Assembly: GCA_036172245.1 (NCBI GenBank)
Contig: JAYWIR010000008.1
Coordinates: 3,968,001 to 4,032,000, forward strand
Source of the DNA: Raillietiella orientalis
Taxonomy: Eukaryota
DNA: 64,000 nt
Direction: 5' to 3'
Below, in pieces: positions 25,823 through 38,056 of the stretch. The position numbers and the translations under genes are program-made. Position 1 is the stretch's first letter, and every line of letters starts with the position of its first letter. Under the pieces are notes generated by a model. The model searched no databases, had not been told where the DNA came from, and saw only the letters and a program-made list of their open reading frames with translations.

Positions 25823-26406
25823 TTTTTTGGGGTTTGCCAAGTGCTGAAGCGCCGTTCCCCTATAGGCTCACTAGGCTCTTCGGAGCTCTCCACGCCATCC
25901 GAAGGTGCGTGTAAACTCTTCAAGATGGAGGGTAACTCCAAAGGGGCCACCCTATGAATCCAGGAAGGTTCCGAAGGAAGGATTCCATTCCTCTCATGCT
26001 TGGGAGGGAACCCCGAAGTGAACACACCCTCCCCATGGTTGTCTCAGATGGGAACCCCGGAGGGAACCTTCCCTTCCTTATTCTCTCTGGAAGGATCCTC
26101 AGAGGAGGCCGCTCCATTGTTTCTTCTCCGGAGGGAACCCTCAAGGATACCACTTCTCGAATCCTCCTCCTCTGAAGCGGACCCCGAAGGGATGCCCCCG
26201 GATTTTCTCTGAAGGTCCGCTCCTCGAAGGGAGCAGCACATTTCTTCACACTCTAGAGAGATATCAATCTCCCGTGGCACGAGATGGAGGGAGGTTCCCC
26301 CCCCCCTCGAGAGGGAACTGGCTCCTTGATTCCTGGAAGGACCCAAAAGCTCAACTTCCAATCCTGGCCAGCCAACGGGGGCATTCGGCTTGCGGCTTCC
26401 ACCAGT
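25823..26406 (-). mobile_element. tRNA-headed SINE-like element, copy S1 body (head displaced to 27875-28042)
   Basis: Shares gccaagtgctgaag...ccaccctatgaatccaggaaggttccgaaggaagg and the internal ~38-bp repeats with copies at 38057 and 51595. Confidence 0.85.
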
Positions 26407-27874
26407 CCCACACCCCTCCTCTTGGCCCCTCTTCTCTGCCCACTGGTTTTTGCTTGCTCCCCGCCATGTAGCATTGGGAATCGGAAAAAGGACCTCTTCC
26501 GGATCGCCCTCTGGGGCAAAGGGAGGCTCCGAGTCCGCCTAAAGGACTTGTGTGCTCCACACAGGGACGGTGGCCCAGGGTTCCTCGTGACGCTGGAGCG
26601 AATGGATCTGCAGTTCCCATTTCGAACACTCGCCCTCGTGGAAAACATCTGGAGCACCACCTGGTGCCAACCTGCACGTCTTCTCGTCCAGCAAGCCACA
26701 GACAGCGTGGGACTCGCGTCCTTCCTTGCGCGATGTCCATGCAGTCTCATCCACGGCGGACTGCACCTGAGACTGGTGACCACGCTGGCGAGGAAAAACG
26801 AATGGATCTCCTGCCGCCCCGCGAACGGTGATGCCTGGTTTCAGGTGGGCGAGGATCCAGGAGCCAAGCGGGGAAGAGGGGCGACGTTTCATATACGCGC
26901 GTAACAGCTGCACGCCCCGGGAGATCCCGCGAAGAGTTCATGGGCAAACAGAACCTCCCACGCCACTGCACTGCCCTCCCTTAGGGAGCATCTGGGCAGC
27001 ATCCTTACGGCTAGATGGGAGGTTACTGTAGAAATCACCGGAAGGAGAAGAGGACTGAGCGAGTGCACGACGGGCCAGCTCACTGAGGCTGAGACCCCGA
27101 GTGCTCGACCTCGTGGACTTTTGCGCTGGAGCATGCTACTGGGTATTCCGGTGGAAGACCTGCCGTGGCCCACGGTGCTCATCAACACCCGCACCCTCCC
27201 TTGAAAGTGGCCGGAGTCGGCGTTGATCATACTGCATTGGGGTCTCCCGTGCGACGCCCGCCGGCATCTGTGGATACGGGTGCGCGTGAACCCAAACTGT
27301 GCACGTTGCGGGGAGCAGGAGTCCTTCCCGCACCTTCTGGTAGACTGTGCTGCCCTCCGACCCCTTTGGGCACGCTTTGCCGCTACCCTTGGAACCCCCG
27401 GAGGCAACTTCAGAGACGTCTGAAAGCGTCTCTTCCTGCGCGACGCCCTCACGGCGGCCGCATCCCCAGTAGCACTTTGCTGCCCACGCGGCGGGACCGT
27501 GGCTGCATGGAGCAGCGCCAGGACGAAAAGGACACCATCTATTTTTCTGTCCTCTTCATGAGGACAGAGTCAAGATGGCCCCATCTGGGAGTCGTGAAAC
27601 AGGAACTTGCCGGCATCCTTACAAGGATACAAAAGACGCCCTCCGGCACACGATGATCCCTTCCCGAAGACCCTCATTTTTGGACTGTATTTTTTTATGT
27701 TTTGTTCTTTTGCTTTTTGTTTGTCTCCCCTTCCCCTGTGCTGCAGAGGCGGATCCCGCTGTTCTGCTTGCCGGTTCCCGGCAAGTTCCTTGTATTCATA
27801 AGTAACGTGGCGGGAAACGTCCTGCCACAGACATGGAGGTTTAGAAAGAAATGCTCCGACGTGACCAGGTGTCA
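26407..27874 (+). mobile_element. L1/Tx1-like LINE, 5'-truncated copy 3, inserted into a SINE with 6-bp TSD ACCAGT
   Basis: KDLFRIALWGKG...LKDLCAPHRDGGPG (LxxPxxxGGLG-like); zf-RVT-like HWGLPCDARRHLW...NPNCARCGEQESFPHLLVDCAALRPLW; T-rich 3'UTR; terminal TGACCAGGT at 27862-27870; ACCAGT at 26401-26406 and 27875-27880. Confidence 0.9.
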
Positions 27875-28042
27875 ACCAGTGCCACCCAAATAGGCCAATC
27901 AGCATTATCTTGTGGGCTAGGGAACTCGAAACCCACGACACGCTCGTCTCTCGCTGTCGATCTTTACCCGGGCGGGATTCGAACCCGCGAAGCTTGGCGC
28001 TACTCACGGAGAACGCAGCCACGCGACCGCTAAAGCGGTCCA
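27875..28042 (-). mobile_element. tRNA-like head of SINE copy S1 (Pol III A/B boxes)
   Basis: Minus strand: GACCGCTTTAGCGGTCGCGTGG...GCGGGTTCGAATCCCGCCCGGG (perfect B box), followed by the family's aagataatgctgattggccta segment. Confidence 0.85.
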
Positions 28043-28384
28043 CCGTCCTTCCGGAGGTCGCGCATGCAGTGCTTTGCTTACGAGAGTCGCGCCCAAAGGA
28101 ACAGGAATGGAACGGTAAGGAGGAGTGAGCGTCTCTGGACTGCAGGATGACGAGAAGATGGGGGAGGAATGCCGGAGGCGCTCCGCCCCGGAGAAGCAGC
28201 CGGGCTGAACCTAGTTTCCAATGCGATGCCTGCAGAAGCAGCGCCCGCAGTGGGAATTTTTCTGTCCGTGCCGCGGTTATCACCGAGATAAAACGATCGG
28301 AACCCATTAATCTCTCCCCCGCCTGCTCGAGCCGCCGCCGCGCCGGTTTTATCTCGTGCTTCCCGAAGCCGCTCCCCTCGTGAT

Positions 28385-29050
28385 TCATGGAGATCGGCTG
28401 TCCTCGCGGGCTCTCCTCCGCGAGCATAGCCGATCTCCTCCGGGCCCGCATCGCCCCTCCATGCCTCCCAGTGTGGTCCCAGTGCCCCCTTTATCTCGGG
28501 CTCTTCTTGTCGTCGGGAGATTTGCGACGGATCTTTCCTATCCTTCTTCCTTCTCAGCTCACGGAACTTCTCCCCAAGAGGGGCTTCCTCTCCGGAGAGC
28601 TCCCTCTCCCGCTTTCTACGCGGCTCGTCCTGACACTGCTCTTTGATCCATATGGGGGTGAGAGGGAGGGAAATGGGCTATTCTACCCTCTAGGTTGGAG
28701 TGAGAAAATCCCGGAATTGACTGGGAAAAGAGCACGGACAGAGCCTCCCCATGCCACCTCGAGGGGATCGGTGCTGCCGAGGAAGTTGGCCGCTCCCGCC
28801 CATTCGCCTTTGGCAAGAAATATCAGGTGTCAGACGCCCCGCCAAAAGGCTGCACCTTTGGTGCCCACCGCTTCCATGACCATCCTTCTGCCTCTCTCTC
28901 GGCTCTCCCGGATCGACAGAGCGAAAAGCCTCCAGGCCAGTTCGTCGCGTTCCCAAGAAAGCTCCCGAGGGAACGACCCGGTTTTCCATCTCTTTCCAGC
29001 AGCGAAAAGCGGTAAGGGCCACCCGCTAGCGTGGAGCCGTTGAAGAGGAA
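28385..29050 (+). mobile_element. Decayed non-LTR RT relic
   Basis: EIGCPRGLSS...PLYLGLF..GDLRRIF...LTELLPKRG...TSRGSVLP...FHD in RT order (QxGF, DLxKAFD, QGSVL, ADD). Confidence 0.5.
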
Positions 29051-31449
29051 TCCGCCACCACGTGGGGCATGCTGTTTCTCTCTTCTCGTGGCGGGGTCGC
29101 TCTCGAGGGCATTCCTTCTGCTTGGCAAGTCCTCTTGCTTTCGCCAGGCTCTCCATCCTAGGAAAACCGATCGAACTCCTCGCTCTCCTCCTTCCCCCTC
29201 TTTCCAGCACGCTGGAGCTTCCTTCTTGAAATTCAAACAGATTTCTGTCTCAATATCTCTTGCTCCCCGAGATCAAGACAGGAAGAATGACCGTGAAACG
29301 GAAAACAGGCAAGAGGACCACTAGAAACGCGCGTGAGCCACTCGCTCTTCCAGCTTCCCACAGGTGCTGAGGAACCGTGAGGTAGCGGGGGGGGGGATCT
29401 TCCGTGTCGATCTCGGGAGAGTCTCTGAATGCCCATGGCTCACCTCTCTTCCTCTCCCACTTGTCGAGGACTTCACGAGGGACTCGACTGGCTACCCTTC
29501 GCACGGTTTCGGTTCAGTCGGATGCCAACATGAGGAGGCTGCTTTCCACCAGAGCGACCACCGAGTAGGGAACGCTGTGGAGTCTTGGAGGATACCCACC
29601 GCTCTTTCACGAGGAGCCTCGGGCGACGTTTCGACCCCCTTGAAGAGATCCTCAGAGAGCCGCTCCGCCCGCTAGCGCCACTGCAGGATCCCGCATGGGA
29701 GAAGCGCAGTCGAAAAAACACACCCCGTTCCCCATCTCCCTATCCGTCCCGCTTTCTTTCGCCGGGGGCGCAGAAGACGAAACCTTCGAAGGCGAGGGAA
29801 CGCGGAAGCAACGCCCCCTGAGCGGTAGGGCAGGGACGCTCGTCGGTGCTTTTGCGGCTCGGCAGAAAAACGGCGCATCCCCGGGCGGATGGGCGCCTCG
29901 CTCTGCGGAGATTCAGGGCGCTCCCTCTCGGGAGAAATCAGGCACGAAATCTCCGAGCAATGGATTCTCCAGGCGGGTGCCAGTGTCATGCCCGCGTGTG
30001 CATACATGCCCTGTCGCCTCGACGGCGTCTCTCGGGACCCCCTGGCAGTTCCTGTTCCATCGTGGGGCTATGGAGGGCGCCCTTTGCCCACCCATCGGGT
30101 CCCGGTGATTTTCCAGAAGGCCGGATCCGGGAGGTCAGTGCTGCAGAGCTGACAACGTGACCAGCTGTGAGAGAGACCGACTCCGGGCGTCCCCTGAGGC
30201 GTCTTTTGTTTTACGATTCCGAAGCCTGGGGCGGCGCGCGCCACTGTGGTTGTAGGAAACCTTCCTCTCCATCCTCCCCTTCCCTCTTTTAACCTTGTAA
30301 ACTCTCCCAGTAATCTGCTGCTTGCCCTTCGCCCTGCAGACGGTCAGCAGTGCTAACCCACAGCTTCCTGCTCTCGCACGTGGAAACGAAGTGCCCCTTT
30401 GATGAGCAGCTTCGAATCGCCGATGGGTAACGCTGTAAAACGGGGGCGTTGACAGGAAGAAGCTGCTGGTGTTGGATGGCGAAGCAACAAGATCACGCCA
30501 CATTTCCGTGCACTCGTCAGCATCCGAAGATTCCAAAGATGTGCCCCAGCTGAACGGGATGAGGAGGAAACTAGGACCGCCTTGGAGCTTCCGAAAATGC
30601 GCAATGCTCTTTCAGATGCACACGCATTACGCATCGGGCAGCGTGCACACTCACCCACCTGCCTCTGCGCATGTCCTCGAGGTCATCGACTTTTCTAGAC
30701 CTTCCTCCTGAAGTCGCTGCCACTCACTGCTGATTCCGCCTAATCGTAGGAACACTCGGGAATGATCCCGGAAGCGCGGGATAATGACACCTTCTGAAGA
30801 CGATGACCGTAGCGATGTCTTCGCCCTAGGGTCTGAAGCAGGATCAGTGGTGAGCGGGAATATGCTAAAGGAGAGACGGCGGAGGGAGATGACGCACGCT
30901 CCGCTGTGCTCCCGGCGAGGCGAGGCGGGTCGAAAGCGACGCAGCCGCTCCGCCTTGCCGACGCTGAGAGACGCTGCTCTCGACTTGAATGCACCCAGGA
31001 GGTCAGCGAGGAACCCGTCACAGGAAGCGGACGGAGCGCACGCAACGGCCGACAAGGCGTTCCCAGCTCCCCCTCGCGTTCGCACACGGAGATCGGGACG
31101 CAAAAGGAAACGGCAGGGACCGCTCGAGAGAACGCGGCACCTCGGTCGTTTCCCCCCCCCCCCCGAGAGGCGCGGGGTGTGCACAACGGATGAGCTCTCC
31201 GCCGCCTTCGTGTACTTTGAGGACGCCCCCGGCCGGACCGGAACTTTTAGGCGGAGGGTCGGAGGTGCCCGCAGCAGGCGTGGAAAACCCTTCTAAGGAG
31301 GGAAACCGCCTCGCTGCTCACGAAGAGGGGCAGGAGCGGGGGAAGAGACGATAAACCCCCTGGGAACCCTGCAGGCCTGGCGTTGCCAGGGCCGGCGCAG
31401 CTGACAACAAGCAGCAGCGGCGATGGGCATCGACGACGCGGCGCTCCCC

Positions 31450-32050
31450 TCCGTCCCGGAGAGGCGGCGGCGGGCGAACTTTGAGGATGACGACGCGGTC
31501 CCCCGAAGCTGCTTCGATCGATGCCGTTTCCCCGCGCAAAGTTCGAATGGGGGCAGCAGCGGCGGGTGCTCGGTGGAAGCATCCCCTCCGCATGCCGACG
31601 CTGTAAAAGGAAACCAAACAGGGAAAACGCACGCAAAGAAAGCGGGAAAGTTTCCCCACTCGGGATCGGGGAGGATCGGACGCCTGTCGGTCCGAAGTTT
31701 CTTCGCGGGGGCCCGTCGCTCCCGGTTCGCTCCGAGTTGCACGAGGAGAAGCGGCAGGAGACAAACACCCCTGGTCGCGGACACCGGCCTCCCGGCGACC
31801 GCTTTGCGCTCCCGGCAGAGACCGAATGCCCGTTTCGCGGATCGGCCGAGGGAGCTGCGCTCGGTCTTGCCTGCAGTCCTCTTGCGGACCGACCTGCTCC
31901 TGGGTCGGGCGCGACCGCACGAAGGCGCGCGGACGGACGGGGCAGGGCAGCTGACGCCCAAGCAACAAGCTGCGTCCGCCTGGCGCTGTTGCCACCCGCC
32001 GATGCGTTCCTTCACCAGAACACAAATAAATAGCACTGCCGGTCCCTGCA
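31450..32050 (-). mobile_element. Decayed non-LTR RT core relic, downstream of and co-oriented with the APE fragment
   Basis: RAFVR, GVRDQGCLSP/PLLL (GVRQGCxLSPLLF-like), HAEGML (YADD-like). Confidence 0.5.
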
Positions 32051-32336
32051 GGAGACGAGTCCGAGCGCGAAACGGGAGCTACCGGGAAGAGCAGTGCTGT
32101 CCGACGTGCAAAAGGTCCGGGAGGAACAAATGCGAGGATTCGAAGAGAGAGGGGGAGGGGGCAGTGGAGCAAGCAAAGCGAAGGAACATCGGGGGCCAAG
32201 GGATGCGTCCCCACGCTCTCAGTCTCCCTGACCCGCGGTCCTTGAGCGCCGCGAGTGACGTCCCCCTTGCTCTTCGGCCACCACCTCCCCCAGAGATCAC
32301 GAGAGGCATGGCCGGGAAGAACGAAGAGGCCTCCGA

Positions 32337-33330
32337 ATTCCGTAAAAGGCTCGTCGAGGCTTTCCCTCTCCTCCTCCCCTATTGCCGGGACTCCGTCCGG
32401 GAGCAGCAGCCTCGAGGCGTCCCGCTCGGGAGGCGCCCTGGCATATAGGGAGGCATAAAATCTACTCATGATGTGTCGTATCGCGGCTGGGACCGGGTGT
32501 TCCCAGTCCTGGTCGTTCAGCAGGGTGGGCGCCCCGGACTGCCAGGCTTGGCGCTCAGCTCCGGCTCGGTACTCGGCCAAGCGATGGACGTTGGGGGTCC
32601 TCGCGTAACGACGGGCGTGTAAATACGCCCTTTCTTTGCGAATACCCTCCCCAAACCCGGAGGGTAGGCGCCCCAGGGAGAACTCCTCGCAGAACTCGCG
32701 GACCGAGCGCTTGAAGCAGTCCCAATCCTCGAGATTCTGGAGGGTGACGCCTCTCAGGAATTGGCGGAGATGATCCGCCGCACTGGGAGCCTCGTCCAAT
32801 CCCCCGGCAGACGCCACGCCCTGGATGGGGGTCCCTTCGCGTGGCCAAACACCGAATATCAGACGGAAATGGTCGGACAGCGTCGACGGAAGCCTCCCTC
32901 GTTTTCCGACTCGTGCACACGGGTCGTGGTCGGGGAAAACGTGGTCGATGCTGTCCTCCATTTCCAAGTCCCCCTGCATCAAGTTGCGCGCACGCAACTC
33001 GATGGGCGCGTTCTTTTGTGTGCAGCACGCACCTGAGAGCAGGCGGAGGTTAAAGTCCCCGGCTATCAGGTGGGCCTTGCGCACTCCTGCATCAGTCAGC
33101 CAGTCGCGCTTTAGGTACTGGAAGAACCGAGTTCTTTCCGCATACCCTTTGCTGCCGCTCGGAGCGTACACGTTGGTGACGATGAGGTCGATGGTGTCGG
33201 AGGTCCAAGCGTTCAATCTCAGTCTCGACGAGGTCGAGGTCAATGACCAAGACTCGGCTTAGAAGATGCTGGTCTTTCACATTGGATGCCTCGTAGATGG
33301 AACAAAAGAGAAGTCGGATGCCATGGAAGC
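32337..33330 (-). mobile_element. L1/Tx1-like ORF2 fragment: APE endonuclease plus linker (internally deleted, truncated before RT)
   Basis: RVLVID / LIVTNVYAPS...RTRFF...LIAGDFN...LSDHF (canonical APE motifs), then WDCFKRSVREFC and FYASLY...LDEPFTE, typical of L1/Tx1 ORF2 upstream of RT. Confidence 0.9.
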
Positions 33331-36229
33331 AGCATGAATTCCGAGGAAGAGCTTCATTGCCAATGGTAGTGGCAGAGAAGGAGGAGGACTGGCTGTGGTC
33401 GCCAATCCTCCTTTCCTTTTTAGGGTCCCTGCTGGCTCTCTTGCACCCATCATGATTCCTGCGTGCCTGTCGTTGCTAGAGAGACTTGGTCGGTGCCCTG
33501 GATGCGCCGCTTCCACCCTGCTCGGCTTCCCACACGCCAGGGGTCCATCCCTCTCCACCCGTCCACCTCCTTTACTGTTCCCTCTCAGCGCATGGAACCC
33601 GTTCTCTCCTGACTGCACCCAAAGAAAGGGCGGCGTGCGGTTCGTGCGACAGCATCCATTGATGCTGTCACACGAACCCTGCAGAGGTCCTCACGGAAAG
33701 CAGAAGTGATCGGAAACAAGGGGAGGGGCGCTTGAAGAAAAAGGGAAGAAGGAATGAGGAAAAGGCTTTTTTGTGCTCGACCTCCCTTTCAGAAGGCCAC
33801 AGGTCGGGAAAGAGAAGGATTCGACAAGTTATCGTCATGCCAGTGGCAGCAGGAAACTCCAGCGCGGTCATCTTCCACCGCGAATAGCCCAATAGCTCTT
33901 TGCCTATCCTCCCCCCCCCCTCGGCACGTCCGCCCCGGGTGAGGCGGCACGCATCGAGACTGACAACAGGAAGTCCTCCGTCTGGTCCGCTTCCTTATCT
34001 TAGCGACCGCTGACGCGACGCGACATCCCCATACGCGATCACCTCTCCGCTCCTGGAAGTCCTTTGATGCAGGAGGTAAGCGGACTTCGTCGGGAATGCG
34101 ACCACCGGACCGCTCGTAGCGTGCCCTACCCCATACGCCCCGCAGCCTCGATCCGGAAACCTCAAGAGGGCTGAATGAGGGAGAGGGGGATAGCGGAAGG
34201 AAACTCAAGAATCGGAATCCTTGGGATGTCCAGGAAGAAAGGTCTTCTTCGGGGCTCTCCTGAGCTTTCAAGGAAGCTCCCAAGAGGCGGTCAGAGTCAC
34301 CTTCCCCTACTCATTCCTCGAATCTTTGGTCCTTCCTCAGTCCGAGTCGCTTCCGGCAGTCGCTCACCTTCCCTTGCCCCGGGTCACGAGGGCGGCTAAT
34401 GGCTCCAGAATAGTTCTGCTTCTTCCGACGGACAGCCTTCCGATGCCTTTCCGAAGAACTCCTTCAAGAGAAGCAGCGAACTGGAGCAGGAAGTGGGGAG
34501 AAAGAGGTAGGGAAGTTCGCTCCCAAACGAACAGAGGGCCGCTTGTCTGGGTGTCTTGCCAGCTCCCGCGGGCCGAGGAAGCACACCGAGTCGTTGACCA
34601 CGGAGTACCGGCGTTCTCTAGCTGCAGTTGGGAGTCATCCTCTCAGTGTGGGGAACAGGGACAGGAGGAGAAGCAGGGGGTTGGCGAAAGTCCCGCAGGC
34701 GCTCGTCGCCGCAGCATCCTCTTCCCGTTTTGCGAACCTTTGGAGATCATCTCCCCCCTCAGGAGAGAGAAGGTTGGGCACCCGAAGACCCTCTGGCCCT
34801 TTCCACGCTCAACACGATGGACTTCGATCTTCTGAAGATTGCTCCTCCTCTTCCACCCTCCCGCACTTCTGGACTCTCTAGCAGAGATGAGGGGGAAAGG
34901 AAGTCGACCTTCCATCGCCGCAGGGCAGATTCGGCCGGAAGAGATGGGCACTCATCAGGGATCCACTCTCCTCTTTGCTCAAGGCAGTCTACCCCTTTGT
35001 GCTCTGGGGTTTGCCATTTTGGACTCTGGAGGCCACACCGTTGCGTAAGCGCACAGCAGTTCAAATGAGCTGGAGGACAGGAAGGAAAAGAGAGGAAAGA
35101 CTTCCCTTGAGGTGCACTCAACGCCCCCACGGACACCGGATAATCCGCACCCCAAGCCCTTCCCTTCCACCACTGTCTTCTCCGCTCGGCGAACGGACTC
35201 CCAGAACGGATTCGACACAATTTCCCTCCGGGGAATTTCCCTCGTTTCCTTCTCAATACCCACGCCGAAGGAGCATCCATTCCGAGCCCGCCACCGGTCC
35301 GCATCCCCTCCCCGACTCTGCGGCTACAGTGCAATCTCCGCCGCCACTTGAGGACAGAACAGCCCCTTGGGCTGGCGCTTCGCAAGATACCCGGCGACCC
35401 CCTGTTTGATCGACATGCCGACTTCCTCGGTCTCGCTCCCCGGCCGCCACGAAGGTGAGGCGCTCAGGTTCCTCAGACCACCAGAGGAGGCCCACCCTCT
35501 TTCGTCTCCCTCCACCTCTCCTTTTCCCTCTCACCGCACTTGCTCATGCTCGCGGGGTGGAGTAACGAGGACCACACATCTCATCCACATAGACGCACGG
35601 ATCCACAGCCTCCATCGCTCCCTTCCTCACCAGGGAGCGACTCCTCCACTCGCTCCCCAGGCGTCCAAAGGAGTTTCCCTCACCGTGGTTCTCTCCGGTG
35701 CGCAGTCCGTTCTTATTCTCCAAAGGGGAGGAGAAGGGAGCTGGGAGCAAGATTCACCCCCTCCCCCCTACACGCTAAGGATGTGCTCTTTTCCTTTCTG
35801 GTCGAGAGATCCTTCTCCTTCCAGGAATCCTCCGGCAGGGACAGAGGTCTGCAAGACTTAGGCGTTGCCGAAAGTCCAGTGGTTTGTCCTTCCGCTCTCA
35901 GCGGGGCGGTGGGAGGGGTGCGGACTGAGGTGGAGTGCGGTGGAAGGGCTGGAGGAGGACACCTCCAACCCTCCGCCTCCAATTCTTGGGAAAGAGACTG
36001 GCGGCGACTGCATCGCGAGGGATCTCTTGTCAGAAGACCTCTTCTGAGTCCCGTCGATGAATTCACGATTTCCGGTGACCTCAAGGGAACTCTGAAGTGC
36101 TACGGAGCTCTCTGGGGAAGGGGTGGGGAGGAACCGCGGAAGGGACTTGGAGAGAAAGTCAGCAGCCCCTTCGCAGCTTCCATCATCCCTCCGAGCAGAT
36201 CGGGTCATTTGGACTCCGTCTATTCGGAG

Positions 36230-37170
36230 GGGCGATGGGAGCTGCCAAGCATGCACGGAGGTTCCCTCGCCTGCCTTCTACACCACTCCTCTCACCGAGA
36301 CTCCTCAACCGCTGCAGGAGGTCATTACGATCCCTGATGTGCGCACGTAGCAGTTCATCTCGGTCACACCTCCGTGACCCTCCCGAATATCTCTCCAGCG
36401 AAGCGGAGCACGCAGTCTTGTACCATCTCTCCACCTACCTCCACGTTCCCTCCCTCCCGAATATCCTGTTCATTTACCCTCCGAGAGGGGATTTTGGCTC
36501 GTGGGCAAAGGGGAAAGGGCGCGGTGATTCTGGCCAAACACGTAGGCTTTCCGGTAGGTCTCCGCCTTCATCCTGGGGAACAACCTGCGCTAAAGCAGCA
36601 GCAGGAGAATCGGTCGGCAGGGGCAACGGCCGTACTTTGGGCTGGAAGAGTTGAGACGCTGCCTCCAGTCCAAAGGTCTGCCTTCCTGCGTGTGGCAACA
36701 GGAAAATGGGAGGGGCACTGAAACGGAAAGAGATGGGTTGAGGTGAGGATGGACGTCGCGAGAGCCTTCCCAGGAAGAAAACTCAGGGTCGCAGCTCCGT
36801 ATCTGCTGTTGCTTCCAACCAGAGAGGCCTCTTCTTTGGTCCAGCCAGCTCCTCCTGGGCAGAGGCAAATCCTGCGTTCATTGGCCACTATCCAAAGGGC
36901 ATATGCACCGGGAGTTCTGGGGGAGTTTCCACTCCCAGGCAGAGAGGTCCATGAGTGGCATTCCTGGGGTTTCGGGGAGGAGGGGGAGTGTTCTTTGGAA
37001 GGTCCCGGAGATTCATTCCAGCGTATGCGCGCACTGTTTCGTCTTGTCTCGATTTCTGGAAGCAGTCCTCCTCGTGGACTGCTTTCTGACGGCACCTAAG
37101 GGGAAGAGGGAGTGTTGGCACGCCGAGCACTTTGGGGGATTGTAATGCTTTCGAGTCCCGAATGTCGTGG
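36230..37170 (+). mobile_element. Possible further decayed non-LTR ORF2 C-terminal relic
   Basis: LFIYPPRGDFG (LxxPxxxGGLG-like) and a degenerate C/H cluster near 37100-37150; weak. Confidence 0.3.
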
Positions 37171-38056
37171 ACCTTTGGAGGCGAGAGAATCCCGCAGACA
37201 TTCCCATCTGAAATGACGCACAAGAGTGGGTTCCAGTGGATCATCTGCTCTGCAGCTCCTCTCTCTCGTTGTCCCGCTCGTATCTCATCCAGGACCTGGA
37301 GCAACATCCGCGCCGCGACCGAGGAATCACTTCGCCGAAGAACTGAGGCGAGAGACGGAACGATACCTCCCTTGTTGTCCCCTGAAATCCACCGTTTTAC
37401 CCCACTTCTCCCTCGTTCTTCAGGCGGTTCGAACGCGCACGCGCCGAGAGGGAGTGCCATCGGCCTATCCCTTGAGTGCAACCTGGAATTGTGCTCGCGG
37501 TTTAGAGCTCGGTTGCCGCGATGGCTGCTGAAAGAGCCTCGTGCCGGCTACCGGCGAAGAATCCCGAAGGCAGAGAGATTGGCGCTTTTCCTATGGGAAT
37601 GAAATGGGCGAAGCATTGAGAATCCATCCTCTCCCCTCCTCTTCCCTTCTCATCTCGTCTTAGAGATGGGTAAGAAAAAAGGGCGAAACCGAAAGGGCTG
37701 CAGAGATGAATTCTCGATCTCGTGGAGGATGACACCTACAGGAGGTTTACTGCGCTCTTCTGCTCCATAGAGTCAGCTTTTCGACCAGCTTTCTTCCAGT
37801 CAACTGTCTTCTCCCCAGGATTTTGTCACGTAGCTTCTTCCTGTGTTCCCGCATATGAACAGCGGCCTTCCCGTTCCCATAATGCCTTTACTCCCGTCTG
37901 GAGATGACGGAAGGAACTGTTGGCGCGAGAGACAAGCAGTCGCCTCCACCGTCAGCCAGTGGCATCTGCTTCCTGCCGGACCACAGGGAAAAGAAAGTGG
38001 GTGGGTGGAAAAGAGAGAAGTGAGGGATGACAACCACGCACCCCCAATGAACCTTG

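Noticed and set aside
25990..26260. CRISPR-like array from recurring GGAACCC/GAAGGG units
   Set aside because: The units are diverged tandem repeats internal to a SINE, with no unique spacers or cas genes, in a eukaryotic context.
27965..28042. Functional tRNA gene (perfect T-loop GGTTCGAATCCC)
   Set aside because: I could not fold a convincing cloverleaf or acceptor stem. The sequence continues into a repeat body shared with five other diverged copies, so it is a SINE head.
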